Shown piece after piece: positions 19,594 through 27,531 of a stretch of 64,000 nucleotides of DNA. A program made the translations under genes and the position numbers. Under the pieces are notes generated by a model, which ran no database searches, was not told where the DNA came from, and saw only the letters and a list, made by a program, of their open reading frames with translations. The DNA is from a bacterium (GTDB lineage: Bacteria > UBA8248). The stretch spans positions 640,001 to 704,000 of the forward strand of contig CBDCRP010000003.1 of NCBI GenBank assembly GCA_965221165.1, read 5' to 3'. Within the stretch, counting starts at the first letter, position 1; the number at the start of each line of letters is the position of its first letter.

Positions 19594-20922
19594 ATGAGGC
19601 TCCACCGCATTCTCTGGACGCCGGCCGCCATACTCCTCCTTCCCTCCCTGGCGGGCGCCGCCGTCATCACTTATGAGCGCGAGGAACTGCCGGGCGGCGG
19701 CGTATTGCTCGTCAAGGAAAACAAACAACTGCCCATGGCGCGGATCGCCGTCTCGATTCCGGCGGGCGCGCGCCACGAGGCCCCCGAGCAGGCGGGGCTT
19801 GCGAACCTTGCCGCCGCACTGCTGGCCCGGGGGACGAAAGCGAGAAGCGCATCCGACATCGAGAAGACGAACGACGCCCTGGGCGGCGGCGTGGGCGTCG
19901 AGGCCGGCCGCTCAAGGGCGGAGGCGTCCATGCGCGTGCTCACGCGGGATCTGGATGAGGGACTCTCCCTGCTGAGCGACGTACTCAGAAACCCCACCTT
20001 CCCGGCGGAGGAGATGAAGAAGACGAAGCGGCGCATCCTGGGCGCGTTGCGTCAAAAACGCGAGCGGCCCGCCCATCTGGCGAACAAGGCGCTCCGGAAG
20101 AGCCTGTTCGGCGAAACGCCCTATGGCCGCATGGCCGAGGGGACGGAAGCGTCGATCAAGAAGCTGCGAAGAGAAGACCTCGTCGGGTTCCACAAGAAAT
20201 GGTACGGCATGAAGGGCGCCGTCTTCGTCTTCGTGGGCGACGTTTCACTTCAAAAAGCGCGCGCTCTCGTTCTGGCCCGCTTCAAGGACTGGCGCGCGAG
20301 CGGAGGAAATATCCCCGAGGCGACGCCGCCCGAGGCGCCCAAGAAGATGCAGGTGATCAAGATCGACCGCCCCCTCGCCCAAACCACGGTGATGCTGGGC
20401 AACCGCTCGCTCAAGCGCACGAATCCCGATTTCTACGCCGCGCGCGTGATGAACTACATCCTGGGCGGGGGCGGTTTTTCCAGCAGAGTCATGGACAACC
20501 TCCGGGAGGAGAAGGGCCTCGTCTACAGCGTCTACAGCTATTTCGCCGCGGGCCGTCACGCGGGCCACTGGCGGCTCATCCTGCAGACGAAGAACAAGAG
20601 CGTGAACGAGGCCATCGCCGAGGCGATCAAGGAGGTAAAGCGCATCCAGACGAAGGGGGTGAGCGAGGAGGAGCTTCAAGACGCCAAGGATTTCATCACC
20701 GGAAACTTCGCCACGCGCTTCGGCTCATCGGGCCGCATCTCGGACTACATTCTCGCGGTGGAGATTTTGGGTTTCTCGCCCGGCTACGCGGATGAATACC
20801 TGAAAAAGATTCGAGGCGTCACGAAGGAGCAAATCCTGGCCGCCGCGAGAAAATACATCAAGCTCGATGAATCCACCCTCGCCGTGGTGGGAAAACTGAG
20901 CGAGGCGAAGCTGGCCTATTGA
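19594..20922 (+). CDS. M16 family peptidase, non-catalytic partner subunit
   Basis: No HxxEH; LGGGGFSSR...LREEKGL.YS. Confidence 0.9.
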   Translation: MRLHRILWTPAAILLLPSLAGAAVITYEREELPGGGVLLVKENKQLPMARIAVSIPAGARHEAPEQAGLANLAAALLARGTKARSASDIEKTNDALGGGVGVEAGRSRAEASMRVLTRDLDEGLSLLSDVLRNPTFPAEEMKKTKRRILGALRQKRERPAHLANKALRKSLFGETPYGRMAEGTEASIKKLRREDLVGFHKKWYGMKGAVFVFVGDVSLQKARALVLARFKDWRASGGNIPEATPPEAPKKMQVIKIDRPLAQTTVMLGNRSLKRTNPDFYAARVMNYILGGGGFSSRVMDNLREEKGLVYSVYSYFAAGRHAGHWRLILQTKNKSVNEAIAEAIKEVKRIQTKGVSEEELQDAKDFITGNFATRFGSSGRISDYILAVEILGFSPGYADEYLKKIRGVTKEQILAAARKYIKLDESTLAVVGKLSEAKLAY

Positions 20923-20951
20923 GGCGCGCCGACAAATCAGGAGGAATGAAA

Positions 20952-21347
20952 ATGAAGCGCGAAACGCTGGCTCCAGAGACGCTGGCCGAACCGGCCGGAC
21001 ATTTCTCGCACGGGGTCATCACCGAGGGCGGGCGAACGCTCTACGTGGCGGGCCAGACGCCCGTGGATGAGGACGGCAACCTCGTCTGCGCGGGCGACGC
21101 GGAGGGGCAGGCGCGCCAGTGCTACAGAAACATCCAGAAGGTGGTGGAGGCGGCGGGCGGGCGCATGGCGGATACCGCCAAGATTCAGGTCTTCGTCACG
21201 AGCCTCGATTACAGGAGCGCCGTCGGCAAGGTGCGCACCGAGTTTTTTCCCGACGCCCCGCCGGTGAGCACGTTCCTGGTGATATCGAGCCTGGCCGACC
21301 CCGATTTTCTGGTCGAAGTCGAGGCGATCGTCCCTCTGCCTGCATAA
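20952..21347 (+). CDS. RidA/YjgF family protein
   Basis: AGGAGG RBS; LYVAGQ, LVEVEA. Confidence 0.88.
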   Translation: MKRETLAPETLAEPAGHFSHGVITEGGRTLYVAGQTPVDEDGNLVCAGDAEGQARQCYRNIQKVVEAAGGRMADTAKIQVFVTSLDYRSAVGKVRTEFFPDAPPVSTFLVISSLADPDFLVEVEAIVPLPA

Positions 21348-21360
21348 GAGAATAAAACCG

Positions 21361-21741
21361 GTGAACGCAAAAACCGCCCTGCGCTGGCTGCTCGCGCTCG
21401 GGTTGATGGCGGCGATTCACCTCTGGACGGCCACGGGTGCGCTCAATCCTTCTTCTCCCCTTCCCTTCGGGGTGGACAAAATCGTGCACCTTTGCGAATT
21501 TGGGCTTCTCGCCCGGCTGCTCTGGCGGCCCTGGCGGGAGACGCTCCCCCGCTGGCCCGAGGGGAAAACCGCCGCCTTCGTCTTCATCCTCACCGCCCTG
21601 AACGGTGCGGGCGATGAGTTGCATCAGCTTTTTCTGCCCCACAGGGCCGCGGCGTGGGGAGACCTGGCGGCGGACGCCGCCGGCGGCGGAATCGCCGTTT
21701 TCTGGTGCCTGCACCGCGAAAAGGCAAGGACGCAACGATAG
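21361..21741 (+). CDS. VanZ family membrane protein
   Basis: DKIVH..EF..L, DELHQ.F.P.R....D...D. Confidence 0.88.
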   Translation: MNAKTALRWLLALGLMAAIHLWTATGALNPSSPLPFGVDKIVHLCEFGLLARLLWRPWRETLPRWPEGKTAAFVFILTALNGAGDELHQLFLPHRAAAWGDLAADAAGGGIAVFWCLHREKARTQR

Positions 21742-21751
21742 GAGAACACTC

Positions 21752-22201
21752 GTGTCCAGCATCCGGGACGCCCTCGCAGAAGACATGAAGACCGCCATGC
21801 GCGCGAAGGAGACGCTCAGACTCTCCACCATCCGGATGGCGTGCGCCGAGATTTTGAACAAGGATAAGGAAAGCGGCGAAGAAACATCGCCGGAGGAGAT
21901 TCTCAAGCTACTCCAAAGTATGGTAAAGAAACGAGAGGAAGCCGCCGAGCAGTACGCAGCCGCCGACCGCGAGGACATGGCCCAAAAAGAACGCGATGAG
22001 ATTCGGATCATCCAGGGCTATCTCCCCGCGCAGATGGAGGATGCGGAAATCGAAGCCGCTGCCCGGGCGGTCATCGAGGAAACCGGGGCCTCCTCGATGA
22101 GAGACATGGGCAAGGTGATGGGAATTTTGACACGCAAACTGGCCGGGCGCGCTGCGGGCGCCCGCGTTTCCCAGGCGGTCCGGAAGCTCCTGGGCGCATG
22201 A
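21752..22201 (+). CDS. yqeY: GatB/YqeY domain protein
   Basis: GGAG RBS + GTG; DMK.AMRAKE, YLP.QM, DMGKVMG. Confidence 0.92.
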   Translation: MSSIRDALAEDMKTAMRAKETLRLSTIRMACAEILNKDKESGEETSPEEILKLLQSMVKKREEAAEQYAAADREDMAQKERDEIRIIQGYLPAQMEDAEIEAAARAVIEETGASSMRDMGKVMGILTRKLAGRAAGARVSQAVRKLLGA

Positions 22202-22216
22202 GGAGGAGGTCTCCAA

Positions 22217-22612
22217 ATGAATAAACCGACCTATCGCTTAGAAGATGTCGCCACGGCGTATCAATGCGAGCCCGAACAGGAGGAGATCATCTCCGCTCTG
22301 GCCGAGCGCGACTACCGCGTATTCGAGGTCGAGCAACCCGCCGGAGCCTTCGTGCCGTATCACACGCACCATGAGGAAGAAGCCGTCATAGTCATCGAGG
22401 GGCAGATGCAGTTCAACGTGGAGGAAGAACTCGTCCTCGTCCGGCAGGGCGAGGTGATCACCATCCGCGAGGAGGCGATCCACAGCGCCGCCCAGGTGGG
22501 AGAGGAGAAGGCCAAACTCCTGCTCGCCTTCCCGAACGACGGGGACGACCCGCCGGTCATCGACCTCGACTGGGAGGGCGATGAGGAGGACGACAACATC
22601 GGCTACGCCTGA
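22217..22612 (+). CDS. cupin domain protein
   Basis: H.H..EE...V.EG...H motif; acidic tail. Confidence 0.82.
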   Translation: MNKPTYRLEDVATAYQCEPEQEEIISALAERDYRVFEVEQPAGAFVPYHTHHEEEAVIVIEGQMQFNVEEELVLVRQGEVITIREEAIHSAAQVGEEKAKLLLAFPNDGDDPPVIDLDWEGDEEDDNIGYA

Positions 22613-23087
22613 GTCATACTACTTCGCCTACGGGGCGAACCTGCACCTCGCAAATATGAAATCCCGCTGTCCGAAGAGCGCGCCCGTTTGCGCCGCGCGC
22701 CTGGAGGATTACCGCCTCACCATCGCCCTGCCCGCCACCGCGCCGGAAAACCAGCCCGGCTGGGCCACCGTGACGCCCCAGGAGGGCGCACAGGCGCCGG
22801 GCGCATTGTTTCGCCTCCACGCCGAGGACCTGCCCGCGCTGGATCGTTTCGAGGACTACCCGGCGCTCTATGACCGCAAGGATGTGGAAGTACGGACGAC
22901 CGACGGCGCCCGCCGGGCCATGATCTACATCATGGCGCACCCTCTGAGAGCGGCGCGCCCCACAATGCCGTACGCCCAAACACTCAGGCAAGGATACGCG
23001 GATTTCGGTTTGCCGATGGAAGCGCTGGAAAACGCTCTAAAGGAAATTTCCTCTTATCATCCCGGAACCGAAACCAGCCCGCCCTAG
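22581..23087 (+). CDS. gamma-glutamylcyclotransferase family protein
   Basis: YFAYGAN...M..RCP, LD.FE.YP..Y. Confidence 0.88.
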   Translation: MRRTTTSATPESYYFAYGANLHLANMKSRCPKSAPVCAARLEDYRLTIALPATAPENQPGWATVTPQEGAQAPGALFRLHAEDLPALDRFEDYPALYDRKDVEVRTTDGARRAMIYIMAHPLRAARPTMPYAQTLRQGYADFGLPMEALENALKEISSYHPGTETSPP

Positions 23088-23569
23088 AAATCTCCCTTCT
23101 CCTGCAGATACGGCACGAGGCCGCCCGCCTCGATCATCGCCCACAGGCCGTCCGGGAACGGGGCGAAAGTGATGGTCTCATCCCCTGCGCGGGCCTCGCC
23201 TTTCACAGGGTCGACCTCAATCTCATCGCCCGCTCTTATCGCGTCGGTGTCGCACGCGATGACGGGGAGCCCTGAGTTGATGGCGTTTCTATAGAACATG
23301 TGCCCGAAGCTCCTGGCGAGCACGCAGCTCACGCCCAGTTCCCTGAGCACGACGGCGGAATCCTGACGGCTGCTGATGAGCCCGAAATTCTCCCCCGCCA
23401 CCACCACGTCGCCTGCCCGCACGTTCGCCGAGAAATCAGGATCCAGCTCCTTGAAGGCGTCTCGCTTTAACTGCTCCAGCGAGGTGCCGGGCGGGCGGTA
23501 TTTGACCGATAGATGCACGTCGGTGCTGATGTCGTCGCCAAAGCGGTGGACGCGTCCTCTCATCGCCAA
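23084..23569 (-). CDS. leuD: 3-isopropylmalate dehydratase / homoaconitase-type small subunit
   Basis: FGDDISTD, AGENFG..SSR, F.RNAIN.GL; substrate unknown. Confidence 0.85.
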   Translation of the reverse strand: MAMRGRVHRFGDDISTDVHLSVKYRPPGTSLEQLKRDAFKELDPDFSANVRAGDVVVAGENFGLISSRQDSAVVLRELGVSCVLARSFGHMFYRNAINSGLPVIACDTDAIRAGDEIEVDPVKGEARAGDETITFAPFPDGLWAMIEAGGLVPYLQEKGDF

Positions 23570-23638
23570 AATTTCATCCTCCCCGTCATGCCGCCATACT
23601 CGTCACACCAACCATGCCTGCCATACGCGCCATATCCA

Positions 23639-24895
23639 CTATAAAAATTCCCGGGGGTCGGTGATGCGGCCCGTGAGCGCGCTCGCCGCCACCGTGGCCG
23701 GCGAGCCTAAAAATATCTCGGCTTCCTTGCTGCCCAATCTCCCCGGAAAGTTCCGGTTGGCGGAGGATATGGCCCGCTCGCCGTCGGCCAGACAGCCGTT
23801 TCCCGTCATCGAGGCGCACGGCCCGCATGCGGCGGTGAGCACGGCGGCCCCCGCTTCGGCCAAAGCCCCGATGGCCCCGCTTGCGGCTGCGGCCTCATAG
23901 ATTCTCCTGCTCGTTGGCGCGACGTAAAAGCGCACGCCGGGGGCGATTTTCCTGCCCCGCACGATTTTTGCCGCGATCTCGATGTCCTCGAGCCTTCCGT
24001 TCGTGCACGTGCCCACGAACGCCTGATGGACCGGGAGGCCCGCGTATTCATCGACCGGATGCGCGTTCCCCGTGGAGGGAGGAGCGGCCACGACGGGCGT
24101 GAGTTCAGAAATATCGAGATGGATTCTTCTCGCGTAGACGGCGTCCGCGTCGGGTGATACCACCCCGTCCACAGGCGCACCGTGCGCCCGCGCCCAGTCG
24201 AGCGTTTTCTCGTCCACTTCCATAACCCCCGTCTTCGCCCCCATGTCGACCGACATGTTCGCGACCGTGAAGCGCGCGTCCATCGACAGATCGGCGAGCG
24301 CCGAGCCGCCGTATTCCACCGCCATGTAGTTCGCGCCGTTCTCGCCCATCTCGCGCGCGAGGACGAGTTCCATGTCTTTTGAGAACACGCCGCGGGCGAG
24401 CGCGCCGGTGAACTCCACGCGAACGCTCTCGGGCGTCTTGAACCACAGTTTTCCGGTGGCGTAGGCCGAAGCTATCTCCACGCTCTCCACGGCCACGCCC
24501 ATCGCGCCCAGCGCCCCGTAGGTGCACACGTGGCTGTCGCCCCCCACGGTGAGCGCGCCGGGGCCGACGCGGCCTTCTTCGGTCACCACGGTGTGGCAGA
24601 CGCCCGCGCCCGGCTCGAACACTTCCACGCCGAACTCGGCCCCAAAAATTCTCAGTTTCTTGTGATGGTTCGCCCAGAGAACGTCCTGAGCGGGCACGAA
24701 ATGGTCGATGATGAAATCCGTTTTCTTCGGATCCATCCTGAACTCGAAACCCGCATCCTTGAAGATGTCGATAGCCTTCGGCCCCTTGGCGTCGCCCGCC
24801 ATGACGTAGTCGAGCTCGGCGATAACCAGATCGCCCGCCCCGGCCTCACGGCCCGCGTGTGAGGAAAGGATTTTCTCCGCCATCGTCTGACCCAC
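23639..24895 (-). CDS. leuC: 3-isopropylmalate dehydratase / homoaconitase-type large subunit
   Basis: AAGGAG RBS + GTG; DSH.C..G, GTCTNGR, CG.C, NRNF.GR; substrate unknown. Confidence 0.88.
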   Translation of the reverse strand: MGQTMAEKILSSHAGREAGAGDLVIAELDYVMAGDAKGPKAIDIFKDAGFEFRMDPKKTDFIIDHFVPAQDVLWANHHKKLRIFGAEFGVEVFEPGAGVCHTVVTEEGRVGPGALTVGGDSHVCTYGALGAMGVAVESVEIASAYATGKLWFKTPESVRVEFTGALARGVFSKDMELVLAREMGENGANYMAVEYGGSALADLSMDARFTVANMSVDMGAKTGVMEVDEKTLDWARAHGAPVDGVVSPDADAVYARRIHLDISELTPVVAAPPSTGNAHPVDEYAGLPVHQAFVGTCTNGRLEDIEIAAKIVRGRKIAPGVRFYVAPTSRRIYEAAAASGAIGALAEAGAAVLTAACGPCASMTGNGCLADGERAISSANRNFPGRLGSKEAEIFLGSPATVAASALTGRITDPREFL

Positions 24896-25039
24896 GATTT
24901 TCTCCTTGCGCAGTCTTTCATACCGAAAACCCGGAGCCACCTGTATACACCAAAAATCAGGCCTACGGATAGTTTCATGAGGTCAATCCCGACTGATGAA
25001 GGAGGAATTGCGGAATCCAGGGACATCAAGCTTCGGACG

Positions 25040-25140
25040 CCCGTAGGGGCTGCATATATGCGGCCCTCAAAGAAAAACACCCGCCGCTCATCGGTCGGGT
25101 CGCATATATGGGTGGCGGACATATATGTCCGACCTACGGA
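25040..25140. repeat. GTAG-type REP doublet (REPIN-like)
   Basis: CCGTAGGGGCTGCATATATGCGGCCC...GGACATATATGTCCGACCTACGG; inverted copies at 30453 and 30814. Confidence 0.82.
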
Positions 25141-25321
25141 GGGAGGGATTGACTCTCAAGGAGGGAATGATCCCGAAGCGCGAGCGGGCTGGAGTCAAGT
25201 TCGCCGTCGTTTTGGTTTTCACGCAACATCCGCCGGGGAGCGCCGGAAAATCGCTTTGACTTTCCACGCGCCCCGGGAGACACTAACCAGGTGATCTCCA
25301 CGGGCAGACGGGAGAAACCGA

Positions 25322-25738
25322 ATGACGGAATACGAAGCCGCAAGCCTCGCGCTGCAACAAGCCTCCATATGGGTCGCCGCTATCGTCGGGGCCTCGCAAT
25401 GCTCTTTGATCGGGTATGGGCTCTACATCATGCGCCAGGCCGCGAAGCACCGCGACGCCCTACAACAGGAAACCATGGCGCAGCATCGAGAAACAATGGC
25501 GGTGCTAAAAGGTCAGAATGAGGCGCAAAACGATCAGCATCAAGAAACCATGGCCCAACATCGAGAAAACATGGCGGTGCTAAAAGGTCAGAATGAGGCG
25601 CAAAACGATCAGCATCAAGAAACCATGGCCCAGCATCAAGAAACCATGGCCCAACATCGAGAAAACATGTCGGCGCTGGAAGGCCAGAACGAGGCGCTCA
25701 TGGAACTCATCCGCCGTACGTCTGCCTCACCCGCATAG
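25322..25738 (+). CDS. membrane-anchored heptad-repeat (coiled-coil) hypothetical protein
   Basis: GGGAG RBS; hydrophobic N-terminal helix; QHQETMA repeats. Confidence 0.75.
   Translation: MTEYEAASLALQQASIWVAAIVGASQCSLIGYGLYIMRQAAKHRDALQQETMAQHRETMAVLKGQNEAQNDQHQETMAQHRENMAVLKGQNEAQNDQHQETMAQHQETMAQHRENMSALEGQNEALMELIRRTSASPA
25470..25700 (+). repeat. intragenic 75-bp tandem repeat with 21-bp subunits
   Basis: ATGGCGGTGCTAAAAGGTCAGAATGAGGCGCAAAACGATCAGCATCAAGAAACC at 25496 and 25571. Confidence 0.9.
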
Positions 25739-25878
25739 CAGGACCATGGAACGAGCGTCGGCGGGAATCCTCTTCGCGCAGGAGCTTTTTTAATTCCCTC
25801 GTGTAATTCCCCATCGATCAGGCGAACCGGACTTCTCGCTCAAACGCGCTGAAGCGCATTTTCACCCGGCCCTGCGCG

Positions 25879-26427
25879 TCAGTCGGCGGGGCGATGGCGC
25901 GCCAGAGCGTGGGCGAGGATATCGCGCGCAGGCGCCGTGCCGTCGAGCGGGCGCAGCTTCCGGCTCTTGATCTTCCAGCCCCCGGGCGCGCGCGCAAGCT
26001 CCCAGCGGTTGGCGAGGACGCGGTGGATGCGGTAGCCGGTCGAGACGCCGTGATTGGGCAACTCGCGCTCGGCCCCCTCGGCGTCGGGGTGGATGAGCTG
26101 CAAGTAGGAGGTGACGTAGGCCGCATCGCCGTCGAGCTCGACGTGCGGCAGCCCGGCGAAGTGGGCGAGACCGCCCTGGATCGCTTGTTGATGCGCAGGC
26201 GTCTGGGTGATGGCGCCGATGGCCTCGCTGCCGACTGCTCCCGCGAGACTCTCCCCGCGGTCGAAGACGCCGTCCTCGGTGAAGACGGCGCTGGTGTAAT
26301 AATCCGCGCCGGTATCCGCGCTCGGCGGGTGCGACGCGATCAGGTTGTAGATTTCGAGCCTGTCCTCTATGTCGCGGAGCCGCGCTTCGAGCGACGCGGC
26401 GTCCGGTGTTCTTTCGTTTTCAGCCAT
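25879..26427 (-). CDS. SnoaL-like / NTF2 family protein
   Basis: RL..IEDR.EI, FTEDGVFD, LDGD.A, W.I.SR. Confidence 0.85.
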   Translation of the reverse strand: MAENERTPDAASLEARLRDIEDRLEIYNLIASHPPSADTGADYYTSAVFTEDGVFDRGESLAGAVGSEAIGAITQTPAHQQAIQGGLAHFAGLPHVELDGDAAYVTSYLQLIHPDAEGAERELPNHGVSTGYRIHRVLANRWELARAPGGWKIKSRKLRPLDGTAPARDILAHALARHRPAD

Positions 26428-26456
26428 ACCTTTTCTCCCCGGTGAGACGTTTTCGC

Positions 26457-26657
26457 TTAAGCGCCATCCAGAAGATGGGCGTTCAACTCCAAGAGTTCGG
26501 GAATGAGGATTTTCAGTTTATCTTCCAGTTCCTCGGGCGTGGGCGCTTCGGCGACGAGTCCGGGCACGTCCTCGCTTTCGGCCACCCATACCCGCGCCTC
26601 AAAATCCCACTTGGCGAAAATGTTAATCCTGCTCCGCGCCATCGCTTTCCCCATCAT
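26457..26657 (-). CDS. DUF1902 (HicB-like) protein
   Basis: WD.EA.VWVA.S.DVPGLV.EA.T...L......IPELLELN; start may be the ATG at 26642. Confidence 0.85.
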   Translation of the reverse strand: MMGKAMARSRINIFAKWDFEARVWVAESEDVPGLVAEAPTPEELEDKLKILIPELLELNAHLLDGA

Positions 26658-26715
26658 TTGTCCGCCATGCGGCGGCGGATGTTTTTATGTTAACCCTTTT
26701 GCATCTCGCGTCAAT

Positions 26716-27531
26716 TCACGTCATCTCGGCGGAGAAAGTTGGAGTATCATTGCTCATAATGCGGCAGTCGGACAACGAGATTTTCGGCAAATCCGCATCA
26801 GGATTGTGCACCTTTTCCGCCGCACGGCGAATCATTCTCTCGACAGCCTCATCGAGAAAACGGCTCTCTTCGTTCGTCAGATCATGTGAAACGCCTCTAC
26901 CTTTTCGCGCTCCCGAAGGACCGCCTTTGGTGGAGGAGAGACGACCGATTTCATCAAGAACCTCTTTATCAATCTGAAAATATCGGGAAGCTGCTTTGCG
27001 CTTCCCTTCACCATCCCGTTTTTTTCCTTCCGCCATGTTTTCAAGCACGGTCAGGCAAAAGTAAGCCGTTCCCGGAAGGGGTTCTTGCTTTCGACGATAA
27101 TTCATATACCGATCGAACATCGTTTGTATGTCGGGGTTGATACTGATGCTTGAAGGAAGCAATGGGTAAGAATGCTTTTTGACAGCCGGAGTAATTGTCA
27201 CACGTGGCATACTTGTCCTGAATTGAAAATACACCACACCGGGTGTCGGATTCCGATCCACAATCTCCGCTTTGTGGAATTTTAACTGGAAGGAATCCGG
27301 CCCGCTCTCAAGGCAAGCACTAAACTCCCAAGCGCGAATGTAGTCTTCAATTGCTTCCCGCGCTTCCTCTTCCGTAGCGTAATGATTCTTCAACTCGAAG
27401 CGAGCTTGATTGTCTTTGACTTCCAGACGAAAGGTGGGCTCTTCGAGAACGAGCGTCTCCGCCTCTTTGTAAGAAACCGATTCGCCATGCTCGACGCGGT
27501 ATAACAATGCGGCTACATGGGGGTCGTTCAT
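26716..27531 (-). CDS. hypothetical protein translationally coupled to the MmeI-like gene
   Basis: 271-aa ORF, ATGA overlap with upstream gene, AT-richer than flanks. Confidence 0.75.
   Translation of the reverse strand: MNDPHVAALLYRVEHGESVSYKEAETLVLEEPTFRLEVKDNQARFELKNHYATEEEAREAIEDYIRAWEFSACLESGPDSFQLKFHKAEIVDRNPTPGVVYFQFRTSMPRVTITPAVKKHSYPLLPSSISINPDIQTMFDRYMNYRRKQEPLPGTAYFCLTVLENMAEGKKRDGEGKRKAASRYFQIDKEVLDEIGRLSSTKGGPSGARKGRGVSHDLTNEESRFLDEAVERMIRRAAEKVHNPDADLPKISLSDCRIMSNDTPTFSAEMT

Noticed and set aside
23586-23640. Met-rich mini-ORF (MARMAGMVGVTSMAA) between leuC and leuD
   Set aside because: Too short, with no attenuator structure; cannot be supported
24977-25294. Short ORFs across the REP elements (also 30359-31101)
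   Set aside because: They are translations of palindromic repeats (recurrent VADIYVRPT), with no RBS support
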